Part shown: in pieces, positions 28,142 to 38,075 of the stretch | Numbering within the stretch: position 1 is the stretch's first letter | How the letters are laid out: every line of letters starts with the position of its first letter | Assembly: GCA_965237865.1 (NCBI GenBank) | Contig: OZ250164.1 | Span: 309,217 to 373,216, forward strand | Reading direction: 5' to 3' | Source: Dehalococcoidia bacterium | Lineage (GTDB): Bacteria > Chloroflexota > Dehalococcoidia > UBA2979 | DNA length: 64,000 nucleotides | Notes under the pieces: model-generated | The model's database searches: none | Told to the model about the DNA's origin: nothing | What the model saw: only the letters and a program-made list of their open reading frames with translations | Position numbers and translations under genes: made by a program

Positions 28142-30456
28142 TCAGCGCGAACTCCGCACCCACAACCGCTCGCCGTCGGAGCGCAACGTCACGTCCCCGT
28201 GCTCGTCCGTGCGGTAGAGGGCGATCGCGGCGTAGCGCGCGACCACCTCCGGGTGCGGGTGGCCGTGCCGGTTGCGCGCCCCGACCGAGGCGATCGCGAC
28301 TCTCGGCTCGACCGCCTCGAGGAAGACCTCGCTCGACGACGTGCGCGAGCCGTGGTGCGGCAGCACCAGCGCGTCCGCCCGCAGGTCGAGCCCGCTCGAG
28401 GCGAGCCACTGCTCGGCGGGCGCCTCGATGTCCGCGGGCAGCAGGATCCGCCGCTCGCCGATCGTCACCAGCAGCACGAGCGAGCGGTTGTTGGCGCCGC
28501 GGTGCGCGCGGCCCGCCGTGACGACGGGCGGCGAGAGCACCTCGATCGAGGTCCGCTCGCTGAGCCGGATGCGATCGCCGATGTCGAGCGCCCGCGCGCC
28601 GCCGTCGCCGTCATCGGGGGCCACGGCGGCGAGCGTCTCCGCGCTGCCGAGCAGCACGCCGACGCGCAGACGCCGCCGCAACTCCGCCAGCCCGCCCGCG
28701 TGATCGCTGTCGCCGTGCGTGAGCAGCACCGCGTCGAGCGTGCGGCCCTCGAGGGCGCGAGGCAGCGCCGTCAGCACGGCGCCGTCGGCCGGTCCGGTGT
28801 CCACCAGTACGGCCGCGCCGCGATCGCGCACGAGGATCGCCTGCCCCTGTCCGACATCGAGCACGGTCACGCTCGCCATGCCGTCCGAGGGCGTCAGCAC
28901 GGCCAGCCAGAGGCCCGCTGCCGCCGTCGCGAGCGCGACCGGCGCCGCGAGGCGCGCACGTTGCCCCGGCAGCGCGATCAGCGACGCCCGCCGGTTGAGC
29001 AGCCAGACGAGGCCGCCCAGCAGCGCGAACCAGCCCGCGCCGGCGAGGAGCGACGGTCGCAGCTCGACCGTCGCGATCGGCAGCGAGGCCATCGCCTTGA
29101 CGGCGGCGACGAAGGCCGCGGGCGCGAAGACGCCGGCGACCTCGACGAGCCGCGCGACGGGCTCGAGCCAGCCGAGCAGCGCCGCGACCGCGGCGACGAG
29201 CACGGTCGCCTCGTAGAGCGGCGCGACGGCCACGTTCGCCGGCGCCTGCAGCAGCGGCAGCGTTCCGAAGGCGGCGGCCTGCACCGGCAGCACCGCGAGC
29301 GAGGCCCCGACTGCGCCGCCGCCTCGGTAAACCCGGCCGCGAGGCTGCCCGGCGCCACGCCGAGGCGGGCGAGGGCGCGGTCGCGCAGCGGCGGCGCGAT
29401 CAGCAGCACCCCGACGGTCGCCGTCGCGCTCAGTTGGAAGGCCACGTCGCGGATCAGCAGCGGCCGCAGCGCCAGCATCAGCGCGAGCGCGTAGACGAGG
29501 TAGATCCAGGCGGGCGTGCGCCTCCCCGTGATCGCGGCGATCGCGATGCCGACGGCCATGATCGCCGCCCGCACCACCGGCGGCTCGGCCCCCGTGAGCA
29601 CGACGTAGCCCGGCAGCAGCGCGAGCGCGATCAGCGCCGCCTGCCGCCTCGCGACCAGCGCGCCGAGCAGGCCCACCGCCGTCCCGAGGAGCAGCGCGAT
29701 GTTCTGCCCGGAGACGACCAGCAGGTGGGTCGTCCCCGTGCGGCGCAGACTCTCCTCCAACGCCGCCGGCATCGTGCGCTGCCGCCCCAGCAGCATGCCT
29801 GCCGCCAGCGACGCCTCCGGCTCCGGCAGGGCGAGCTCGATGTTGCCGAGCGCCCAGCGCCGCATCCCTCGCAGCGCGTCGACGATCGCGGGCTCGGCGT
29901 TGCGTTCGAGCAGCGTCCAGCGCTGCGGGTACGCGGCGACGGCGTGGATGCCGCGGCTGCGCAGGAACGCCGCGTAGTCGAACTCCTCGAAGGCGCCGGG
30001 ACGCTCGACCTCCAGCGTTGCGGAGATGCGGTCGCCCGCACGCAGCGGCTGCAGCGGGGCAGGCAGCCTGAGCCGCAGTCCGCCCTCCGCCGCTGCGCCG
30101 TCGATCGACTCGACGCGCAGATCGAGGCGCGCGATCGCGCCCGACACGCGCGGGTCCGGGAGCACCACGCCCGTGATCTCGTGCACGCCCTCGAGGCTGG
30201 CGAGCGGCGGCGGGGCGCGCGAGTCCGCCTCGCTTCCCCGGGCGTGCCCGGCGGCGGCAAGGGCCACGACCGCGATCAGCATCAGCAACGTGCGGGCCCG
30301 GCCGCCGCGTCCGAGGCGCCAGAGCGCCGCCGCCGCGCTCGCCGCGAGCGCGGCCAGCAGGGTCACGGTCCACGGCCCGCCGATCAGCGCGCCGCCGATG
30401 CAGCCCGCGATGAACGCCGCCGCCGCAAGCGGCAGTGCGGGAACCCGCGCGCTCAC
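28142..30456 (-). CDS. comEC: ComEC/Rec2 competence protein (DUF4131 plus competence TM domain plus C-terminal MBL domain); reading frame broken in a C4/G4 run
   Basis: The N-part (track ORF 28978-30456) and C-part (track ORF 28142-30373, with MBL motif [12 protein letters not shown]) are in different frames. One extra G/C in the C4 run at 29305-29308 gives a continuous ...[35 protein letters not shown].... GTG start overlaps the comEA stop. Confidence 0.75.
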
Positions 30457-31001
30457 CGCGCCGCGATCATGTCCCGGATCACCTCGTAGACGTGCTCCGG
30501 GATCGCTCCGCGCGCCGTGAGATTGTCGGTCGAGGCGTAGGGGCCTGCGCGCTCGCGCTCGGCGATGATCGCGGCGGCGTAGGCCGCGCCGATGCCGGGC
30601 AGCGCGTCCAGCTCCTCGCGCGAGGCGCTGTTCACGTCGAGCAGCGCCGCCGCCTCGCCACGCCGCGGCACGCGCACGGCATCCTCGTCCACGACGCGGC
30701 GCGAGAGGTTCAGCGGCGCCGTGTCCGCGTCCGGGGCGAGCCCGCCAGCGAGCGCGATCACGTCGCTGACGCGGTCCCCGGGCGCGGCGGTCACCACCTG
30801 CGGCTGCAGCACCGCGCCCGAGACGTCGACGCGGATCTCATCAATGCCCTGGCGCGGATCGCGCGCCTCGATCTCGATGCCGCGCGGCTCGCCCGGTCGC
30901 AGCGCGAGGATCGCGAGGGCGGCGACTATGGCGAGGCCGAGCGCGATCTGGAGGACGGTGCGCGCTTCCGGCGCCCCGCGAAGCCTCTGGAGGTACGACA
31001 C
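30453..31001 (-). CDS. comEA: competence protein ComEA (helix-hairpin-helix DNA-binding)
   Basis: 182 aa; N-terminal TM helix, then LLDVNSASREELDALPGIGAAYAAAIIAERERAGPYASTDNL (HhH tandem). Confidence 0.8.
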   Translation of the reverse strand: MSYLQRLRGAPEARTVLQIALGLAIVAALAILALRPGEPRGIEIEARDPRQGIDEIRVDVSGAVLQPQVVTAAPGDRVSDVIALAGGLAPDADTAPLNLSRRVVDEDAVRVPRRGEAAALLDVNSASREELDALPGIGAAYAAAIIAERERAGPYASTDNLTARGAIPEHVYEVIRDMIAAR

Positions 31002-31011
31002 GCGCCGGGGG

Positions 31012-31308
31012 CTACTCCTCGTCCTCGAGCAACTGGCGCAGCAGCGCCTTGAGCCGCGGCGCGCGATCCAGTTCCTTGCGGAGCGGGCGTAATTCGCGCT
31101 CGTTGATGATCAGGGAGCGCCGCTCCAGTTCCCCCTCGGGATCGTAGGCGGCGAAGCGAATCGCCATCTGGCCGGCCTTCTCGCCGGTCTCGTAGCGCAT
31201 GAGCTGCAGCGAGGGCGCGTGGAGGCCGCCCTCGATCGCCGCTTCCTCGACGATCCTGCCGCCGCCCCAGAGCAGATTGAACGGGCGCGGGATCCGGCGT
31301 TGGGCCAT
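31012..31308 (-). CDS. hypothetical small protein (98 aa)
   Basis: MAQRRIPRPFNLLWGGGRIVEEAAIEGGLHAPSLQLMRYETGEKAGQMAIRFAAYDPEGELERR...; ATG at 31306-31308 with AGGGGA 6 nt upstream. The upstream part of the track ORF is rejected. Confidence 0.45.
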   Translation of the reverse strand: MAQRRIPRPFNLLWGGGRIVEEAAIEGGLHAPSLQLMRYETGEKAGQMAIRFAAYDPEGELERRSLIINERELRPLRKELDRAPRLKALLRQLLEDEE

Positions 31309-31417
31309 GCTGCATCCCCTCCGGTGCTCGTCGGGCTCCTCGCGCGCCTGCCTGCAAGGCGCAGCGACGCGTAGCATAGCGTGCGCGGCGCGCAGCCCGC
31401 GCCCGGCGACGGAGGAG

Positions 31418-32755
31418 ATGCGCCTCGTGACAGCCCCCAGCGACCTCAGCGGCGACCCCGCGCGCCTCACCGCCAGCGAGGCCGCGCGACGCATCGCCGA
31501 GGGCTCGCTGAGCTCGGAGGCGCTCGTCCGCGCCTGCCTCGCGCGCATCGAGCAGCGCGAGCCGCTGGTGCGCGCCTGGACGGCGCTCGATCCCGCGGAC
31601 GCCCTCGCCCGCGCGCGGGCAGCCGACACCGCGGAGCCCATGGGGCCGCTGCACGGCGTGCCGTTCGGCGTGAAGGACATCTTCGACACCGCCGAGATGC
31701 CGACCGGGTACGGCTCCCCGCTCTACGAGGGCCACCAGCCGGCCCGCGACAGCGCCGCGGTCGCCGCACTGCGCGAGGCCGGCGCGCTGGTCCTCGGCAA
31801 GACGGTGACGACCGAGTTCGCCTTCCGCACGCCCGGCGCGACGAGGAACCCGCACCGCCCGGAGCACACGCCCGGCGGATCCTCGAGCGGCTCGGCGGCA
31901 GCCGTCGCCGACGGCATGGTCCCGTTCGCCCTCGGCACCCAGACCGGAGGATCGACGATCCGTCCGGCGGCGTTCTGCGGCATCTTCGCCTTCAAGCCGA
32001 CCTACGGCTTCGTCAACAGCGACGGCGTGCACCCGCTGGCCACGGCGCTCGACACCGTCGGCTGGTTCGCACGCAGCATCGAGGATCTCGCGCTCGTCGG
32101 GGCAGTGCTCAGCACCACGCAGTCGGCCGCGCTGGACGCGCCCGCGCAGCCGCTGCGCGTCGGCGTCGTCCGCACGCCGGAGTGGGGGCGCGTCTCGCCC
32201 GCGGGGCAGCGCGCCATCGAGGAGACGGCGGCAGCGATCGAGGCCGCGGGCGGGCAGGTCACCGACCTCGATCTGCCGGCCGAGTGCGACGGCCTGGGCG
32301 AGGCCTGGGGCCCGATCGTGGCGGCCGGCGCGGCGAGCGCCTTCGCGCGCGAGTACGGCGAGCAGCGCGAAGGCCTCAGCCCCGCGCTGCGCGAGCTGAT
32401 CGAGGCGGGCCGCGTCCTCGCTGGCCCCGCGCGCAGTGAGGCCGAATCGCTGGCCCTGCACTGCCGCGCGGCCGTCAGCGAGACCTTCGCGCAGGTCGAC
32501 GCCTTCCTCACGCCGAGCGCGCCCGGCGAGGCGCCCGCTGGCCTCTCCTCCACGGGCGACCCGCTCTACAACCGCGTCTGGACGCTGCTGCGCCTGCCCT
32601 GCGTCGCCCTGCCCACCGGCGCGGGCGAGGGCGGCCTGCCGGTCGGCGTTCAGCTCGTCGGGCGTCACGGCGGCGATCAGTCCCTGCTCGAGCTTGCCCG
32701 CGCCGTCGCCGATCTGCTCGCGCCGCCCGCCTTCCCCGGCGGCGACTCGGCCTGA
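31418..32755 (+). CDS. amidase (amidase-signature family, GatA-like)
   Basis: GGSSSGSAAAVADGMVPFALGTQTGGSTIRPAAFCGIFAFKPTYG is the amidase signature, with the Ser-cisSer-Lys triad context. Confidence 0.8.
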   Translation: MRLVTAPSDLSGDPARLTASEAARRIAEGSLSSEALVRACLARIEQREPLVRAWTALDPADALARARAADTAEPMGPLHGVPFGVKDIFDTAEMPTGYGSPLYEGHQPARDSAAVAALREAGALVLGKTVTTEFAFRTPGATRNPHRPEHTPGGSSSGSAAAVADGMVPFALGTQTGGSTIRPAAFCGIFAFKPTYGFVNSDGVHPLATALDTVGWFARSIEDLALVGAVLSTTQSAALDAPAQPLRVGVVRTPEWGRVSPAGQRAIEETAAAIEAAGGQVTDLDLPAECDGLGEAWGPIVAAGAASAFAREYGEQREGLSPALRELIEAGRVLAGPARSEAESLALHCRAAVSETFAQVDAFLTPSAPGEAPAGLSSTGDPLYNRVWTLLRLPCVALPTGAGEGGLPVGVQLVGRHGGDQSLLELARAVADLLAPPAFPGGDSA

Positions 32756-32916
32756 CGCCGCCTTCAGCCTGGCCCTCTCCCGCGGACAGAAGGGGTAGGA
32801 ACGCGCCGCCGGGCGCCGATCGTCCGCACGCTCGCGGCGGCGCGTGTTGCCCGCTTGGCGGCATATACTGGACGGCAGCCGACACACCGAACAACACCGG
32901 ACTGCAGGAGCTAGCG

Positions 32917-33834
32917 GTGACTCCCCGCCATTTTTCTTCGATCCTCGATCTCTCCCCGGGGCAACTCGGCGACCTGCTTGACGCGGCGCTCGCGATCAAG
33001 CGCGACGGCTGCGGTCCGGTGCTCGCCGGGCGCTCGCTGGCGCTCGTCTTCGAGAAGCCGTCACTGCGCACGCGCGTCTCGTTCGAGGTCGCGATGCAGC
33101 GCCTCGGCGGGCGCGCGATCTACCTCGGACCGCAGGAGATCGGCCCCGGCGAGCGCGAGCCGGTGCGAGACATCGCGAGGGTGCTGGGGCGCATGGTGCA
33201 CGGCATCGCCGCCCGCACCTACGAGCATGACACCGTCCTCGAGTTCGCGGAGTGGGCCGGGGTGCCCGTGATCAACGCGCTCAGCGACCGCGAGCACCCC
33301 TGCCAGACGCTCGCCGACCTGCTGACGCTGCGCGAGCGTTTCTCGTCGTTGCGCGGCCTGCGCATCGCCTACCTCGGCGAGGGCAACAACGTCGCGCGCT
33401 CGCTCGCCTACGCGAGCGTGCTCGCGGGCATGGAGCTGCGCTGCGCCTCGCCCGAGGGCTACGGACTGAGCGACGCCGACATCGAGCGCGCGCACGCCGC
33501 CCCCGGGGGCGGCCGCGTCGAGCGCCTCAGCGATGCCGAGGAGGCTGTGCGCGATGCCGCCGCCGTCTATACGGACGTGTGGGCCTCGATGGGCGACGAG
33601 GACAAGCTGACGAGCCGCCTCGAGACCTTCGAGGCGTTCCGCCTCGACGAGCAACTGCTGGACGCCGCACCGCCCGATGCGCTGGTGATGCACGACATGC
33701 CCGCGCACCGCGGCCAGGAGATCAGCGCCGGTGTGATGGAGTCGCCGCGTTCGGTCATCTTCGACCAGGCGGAGAATCGCTTGCACGCGCAGCAGGCGCT
33801 CCTCGGCTGGCTGCTGGGTGGTGGCGCGGGCTGA
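32917..33834 (+). CDS. argF: ornithine carbamoyltransferase-like protein (atypical HDMP in place of HCLP)
   Basis: SLRTR (STRTR-type), HPCQ and DVWASMG motifs present. The usual HCLP motif reads MHDMPAHRGQE. GTG start follows GGAG. The gene is isolated from any arg cluster. Confidence 0.65.
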   Translation: MTPRHFSSILDLSPGQLGDLLDAALAIKRDGCGPVLAGRSLALVFEKPSLRTRVSFEVAMQRLGGRAIYLGPQEIGPGEREPVRDIARVLGRMVHGIAARTYEHDTVLEFAEWAGVPVINALSDREHPCQTLADLLTLRERFSSLRGLRIAYLGEGNNVARSLAYASVLAGMELRCASPEGYGLSDADIERAHAAPGGGRVERLSDAEEAVRDAAAVYTDVWASMGDEDKLTSRLETFEAFRLDEQLLDAAPPDALVMHDMPAHRGQEISAGVMESPRSVIFDQAENRLHAQQALLGWLLGGGAG

Positions 33835-33903
33835 TCGCTGGCTGCGGGGAGCGCAGAGCCTTCCCCGGCACGGCACGCACGGTCCGAAGTGGGAGGCGTT
33901 CAG

Positions 33904-34743
33904 GTGCCGGAAATCCCGGACGGCGTGCGCGATGTCGCCGAGCGCCTCGACGCGGGCGCGGTGCTCGACATCCTGCTGATCACGGTCGCCATCTACTGGC
34001 TGCTGCTGCTGCTGCGCGGCACCACCGCGATGACGGTGCTGCGAGGCGTCTCCGTACTGTTCTTCGGCACCTTCCTGCTCGCCCGCATCTTCGACCTGAG
34101 CGTTGTGAACTGGCTCCTCGAACGCATCATCACCGGTCTCGTGATCGGCGTGATCATCGTCTTCCACCCGGAAATCCGCCGCGCCCTGGAGCGGCTGGGG
34201 CGGACCGGCTGGCGGCCCTCACTCGTGCGCGCGGAACAGGAGCAGAGCATCGAGCACGTCGTGCGGGCGGCTCTGAGGCTCTCGCGGCAGTCGCATGGCG
34301 CGCTGGTGGTGCTGGAACGCGAGACCGGGCTGCAGGAGGTCATCGACACCGGAGTGTCGCTCGGCTCGGAGCTGACGCCGGAGATCCTCGGCAGCATCTT
34401 CGCGCCCGGCACGCCGCTGCATGACGGCGCCGTGATCGTGCGCTCGAACCGCATCATCGCCGCCGGCTGCACGCTGCCGCTTTCCGAGGCCCCGCTCCCC
34501 GCCGACCTCGGCATGCGTCACCGCGCCGGCCTCGGCATCACGGAGGGCAGCGACGCCGTGGTCGTCACCGTCTCCGAGGAGAGCGGCGCGATCTCGCTGT
34601 GCTCGCAGGGGCGGATGCTGATGGATCTGGATGAGGAGCGCCTGCGCTCGCAGCTCCGCCGGATGTTCCACCTGACCGGAGACGGCTCGTCCGCCGAGCT
34701 TCCGCTCGCCGACACCGCCGGTTCGCGGCACGAGGCCTCCTGA
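33904..34743 (+). CDS. cdaA: diadenylate cyclase CdaA (DAC domain, N-terminal TM helices)
   Basis: TM N-terminus, then GTPLHDGAVIVRSNRIIAAGCTLPLS...RHRAGLGITEGSDAVVVTVSEESG (DGA and RHR motifs). GTG at 33904 follows GGGAGG at 7 nt spacing. Confidence 0.8.
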   Translation: MPEIPDGVRDVAERLDAGAVLDILLITVAIYWLLLLLRGTTAMTVLRGVSVLFFGTFLLARIFDLSVVNWLLERIITGLVIGVIIVFHPEIRRALERLGRTGWRPSLVRAEQEQSIEHVVRAALRLSRQSHGALVVLERETGLQEVIDTGVSLGSELTPEILGSIFAPGTPLHDGAVIVRSNRIIAAGCTLPLSEAPLPADLGMRHRAGLGITEGSDAVVVTVSEESGAISLCSQGRMLMDLDEERLRSQLRRMFHLTGDGSSAELPLADTAGSRHEAS

Positions 34744-34744
34744 G

Positions 34745-36103
34745 ATGGCGCGTTCGCACTTCCCGCACGCGCCGCTCACCGACCTGCGCGAAATACTCGG
34801 CGGCGTCTGGTGGCGCAGCTTCAACGCGGTGCGTCGCACGCCCGGCCTGTTGCTGCTCTCGATCGCGCTCGGAATCGCGATCTGGTTCTTCGTCACCGAG
34901 GAGGAGAACCCCACACTGAGCGGCCTCTTCGCCAGCCCGATCGAGGTCGTCGCCGTCAACGTCGGGCGCGAGGTCGCCGTCGCCAACGCGCTGCCGTCCG
35001 CCAGCATCCGCATCGCCGCGCCCGAGGATCGCTGGGACAGCCTCACCAGCGCCAACTTCCGCGCGATCGTCGACCTCAACGGCCTCAACGCGCGGGAGCA
35101 GACCGTGCCCGTGCGCGTCGAGGTCAACGACGCGCGCGGCGTGCGCGTGGTCAGCGTCGATCCCCCGGAGATCCTGGTGAACCTCGAACAGATCGTGACC
35201 CGCGGCGTGCCGGTCGACGCGCGCCTCGTCGGCGCACTGCCGCGCGGGTTCGCGGCCGGGGAGGCCGTGCCCGACCCCGCCACCGTAGAGGTCTCCGGCC
35301 CCGAGTCGCTCGTCGACCTGGTGGTCAGCGCCGGCGCCGACATCAACGTCACGGGGCTGACCCTTGGCATCTCACAGTCGCTCCGGCTCGTCGCCCGCGG
35401 CGCGGGCGGCGGGGAGATCCGCGGCGTCACGATCGTTCCTCCCAACGTCCGCATCGAGGTCGCGATCGAACAGACGGTGCTCACCCGCACCGTGCCGCTC
35501 GATGTCCAGCTGCTCGGGCAACCGGCGCCCGGCTACCGCGTCGAAGGCGTCCAGATTCAGCCCGGCGTCTTCGTCGTCGAGGGAAGCTTCGAAGTGCTCC
35601 AGACCATCGACGGCCTCTCGCTCGGGCAGGTGCTGCTCGACGGCGCGCGCGCGAACCTGAGCGTCGCGCGGTCGCCGCGCCTGCCGCCAGGAGTCAGCGC
35701 CGTGTCCGCGGAGGACGTTGACGTGATCGTCTCCATCGCGCCCATCGAGGGCTCCACTGCCCTTACGGTCGTGCCGAGGCTGATCGGAGTGCCGGCCGGC
35801 CTGAGGGGCGCCCTCGGCCCGCTGGTCGTGACCGTCGTGCTCGAGGGCGAGCTTCCGCTGCTCAACGCACTCGGCCCTGACGATCTCCGCGCCGACGTCG
35901 ACGCGAGCGGACTCAACGCCGGCGTGTCGCAGGTAGAAGTGCTGATCGAGGCGCCGGAGCGAATTCGCGTGCGAGAGGTGCGACCCGCGCAGATTGAGCT
36001 TACGCTTCGGCCGATCGCGACGCCGACACCGACACCGACAGCAACGGCGACGGCGACGCCGACAGAGGCTGTGCCGGACGCCACCGTGGAGAACGACGAA
36101 TGA
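34745..36103 (+). CDS. cdaR: CdaA regulatory protein CdaR (YbbR-like domains)
   Basis: 452 aa; N-terminal TM helix, then repeated YbbR-like segments, and a C-terminal Pro/Thr-rich tail (PTPTPTATATATPTE). Start is 2 nt after the cdaA stop. Confidence 0.7.
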   Translation: MARSHFPHAPLTDLREILGGVWWRSFNAVRRTPGLLLLSIALGIAIWFFVTEEENPTLSGLFASPIEVVAVNVGREVAVANALPSASIRIAAPEDRWDSLTSANFRAIVDLNGLNAREQTVPVRVEVNDARGVRVVSVDPPEILVNLEQIVTRGVPVDARLVGALPRGFAAGEAVPDPATVEVSGPESLVDLVVSAGADINVTGLTLGISQSLRLVARGAGGGEIRGVTIVPPNVRIEVAIEQTVLTRTVPLDVQLLGQPAPGYRVEGVQIQPGVFVVEGSFEVLQTIDGLSLGQVLLDGARANLSVARSPRLPPGVSAVSAEDVDVIVSIAPIEGSTALTVVPRLIGVPAGLRGALGPLVVTVVLEGELPLLNALGPDDLRADVDASGLNAGVSQVEVLIEAPERIRVREVRPAQIELTLRPIATPTPTPTATATATPTEAVPDATVENDE

Positions 36104-37455
36104 CCCTGGAAGCGCCGCTCGTCGCGATCGTCGGGCGTCCGAACGTCGGCAAGTCTGCGCTGTTCAACCGGCTCACGCGCTCGCGCCGCGCGCTCGTCGA
36201 GCGTCTCCCCGGCACCACGCGCGACCGCCAGTACGGCAACTGCCGCTGGCGCGGCCGCGAGTTCCGCGTCGTCGACACGGGCGGCCTCGAGGGCCCCTCG
36301 GACGATCCCTTCGACGCGCCGATTCGGGAGCAGGTCGGGCAGGCGCTCTCGGAAGCGGCGCTGCTGCTCTTCGTGGTCGACGCAGCAAGCGGTCTGACGG
36401 CGGCGGACCACGTGATCGCCGAGCAACTGCGCCGCTCCGACCGGCCCGTGCTGGTCGTGGCCAACAAGAGCGACCGCCGCGAATCGCGCAGCAACGTGCA
36501 CGAGGCGCACGCGCTCGGCCTCGGCGATCCGCTGCTGATCTCCGCCTACCACGCCGAGGGCATCGGCGATCTGCTCGACCTCGTCTTCGAGGCGCTGCCG
36601 GAGGCGCCCGATGAGGAGGCGCAGGAGCGCGATCCCGGCGATCGCGCGCTGCGGATTGCGATCGTCGGGCGTCCCAACGTCGGCAAGTCCTCGCTCGTCA
36701 ACGCCATCCTCGGCGAGCAGCGCGTGATCGTCTCCGAGGTGCCAGGCGCGACCCGCGACTCCATCGATTCGCCGTTCGCCTGGGAGGGGCGGTCGATGGT
36801 GCTGGTCGATACGGCGGGGATCCGCCGCCGCGGGAAGATCGGTCGCGGGGCGGAGCGCCACTCCGTGCAGCAGGCCGAGCGCGCGATCACGCGCGCCGAC
36901 GTGGTGGTGCTGCTGATCGACCCCTCGGAGCCGGTGGCGGCTCAGGACTCGCACATCGCGGGCTGGGCGATCGAGCGCGGGACCGGGCTCGTGCTCGCCG
37001 TCAACAAGTGGGATCTCGCCGCACCCGGCACCGATCGCCACCAGTTCGCCAAGCGCATCGACCACCGCTACCGCTTCGCGCCCTGGGCCCCGGTCCATTT
37101 CACCTCGGCGCTGACCGGCGCGGGCATCCCCGATCTCTTGCAGCTCGCGATCCACGTCGAGGAAGTGCGGCAGCGCCGCATCCAGACCTCGGAGTTGAAT
37201 CGCGTGCTGCTGCGCGCGGTGGCGCAGCAGCCGCCGCGCTACCAGGGGCAGCGACGGCTCAAGGTGCTCTACGTGACGCAGGCGGAGGTGGCGCCGCCCA
37301 CATTTGTCTTCTTCGTGAATGATCCAGACCTGCTTCATTTCGCCTATCGTCGGTTCCTGGAGAATCGCATCCGCGACGCCTTCGGGTTCGAAGGGACGGC
37401 GATCCGGATGCGTTTCCGCAGTCGCACGCCGGAACAGGTGGGGGCCCTCGCGTGA
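36100..37455 (+). CDS. der: ribosome-biogenesis GTPase Der/EngA (tandem GTPase domains plus KH-like domain)
   Basis: Two G-domains: VAIVGRPNVGKSALFN...DTGG and IAIVGRPNVGKSSLVN...DTAG; start overlaps the cdaR stop. Confidence 0.9.
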   Translation: MTLEAPLVAIVGRPNVGKSALFNRLTRSRRALVERLPGTTRDRQYGNCRWRGREFRVVDTGGLEGPSDDPFDAPIREQVGQALSEAALLLFVVDAASGLTAADHVIAEQLRRSDRPVLVVANKSDRRESRSNVHEAHALGLGDPLLISAYHAEGIGDLLDLVFEALPEAPDEEAQERDPGDRALRIAIVGRPNVGKSSLVNAILGEQRVIVSEVPGATRDSIDSPFAWEGRSMVLVDTAGIRRRGKIGRGAERHSVQQAERAITRADVVVLLIDPSEPVAAQDSHIAGWAIERGTGLVLAVNKWDLAAPGTDRHQFAKRIDHRYRFAPWAPVHFTSALTGAGIPDLLQLAIHVEEVRQRRIQTSELNRVLLRAVAQQPPRYQGQRRLKVLYVTQAEVAPPTFVFFVNDPDLLHFAYRRFLENRIRDAFGFEGTAIRMRFRSRTPEQVGALA

Positions 37456-38075
37456 TTGCCGCACTGCTCGTCCTCGTCGGCTACCTGATCGGCTCGATCC
37501 CCGTGGGCGTGCTGGTCGGCCGCATCTACCGAGGCGTGGACGTGCGCGACTACGGGTCCGGCAAGATCGGCTTCACCAACACGTTGCGCTCACTGGGCTG
37601 GGGCGCCGCGCTGATCGTCGCCGTCGGGGACACCATGAAGGGCGTCGTGCCGATCCTGATCGGGCGCTTCGTCTTCGACGACCCCTGGGCCGTCGCGCTT
37701 GGCGGCGTCGCGGCGGTGGCCGGTCACATGTTCCCGCTGTTCGCCGGCTTCCGGGGCGGCCGGGGCGCGGCGACCGCGTTCGGCGCGTTCGCCGCGATCG
37801 CTCCCATCGCCGGCCTGGTGCTGATTGCCTGCGCCGTTATCGCGTTGGCGGCGACGCGCTACGCCTCGCTGACGACGGTGACCGCCACGGCCGCGGGGTG
37901 CCTCGCGATCGTCGCGCTGGTCGTCGCCGGATGGCTGCCCCCGCACTACCTGCTGTTTGCCCTCACGGTGACCGCCTCGATCGAGCTCAGCCACATCGGC
38001 AACATTCGCCGCCTGCTCGCCGGCGTGGAGCCGAAGCTCGGCCAGGGCGGCTCCCCGCGCACGGGCGGTGCCTGA
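37452..38075 (+). CDS. plsY: glycerol-3-phosphate acyltransferase PlsY
   Basis: 207 aa multi-TM; GSGKIGFTNTLRSLGWG and FAGFRGGRGAATAFG motifs. Confidence 0.85.
   Translation: MIAALLVLVGYLIGSIPVGVLVGRIYRGVDVRDYGSGKIGFTNTLRSLGWGAALIVAVGDTMKGVVPILIGRFVFDDPWAVALGGVAAVAGHMFPLFAGFRGGRGAATAFGAFAAIAPIAGLVLIACAVIALAATRYASLTTVTATAAGCLAIVALVVAGWLPPHYLLFALTVTASIELSHIGNIRRLLAGVEPKLGQGGSPRTGGA

Noticed and set aside
28978-30456. Two separate genes, a DUF4131/TM protein and an MBL-domain protein
   Set aside because: The two ORFs are the N- and C-terminal parts of one ComEC/Rec2 protein, split by a single-base frame change in a C4 run. The repaired sequence is continuous through the competence TM domain.
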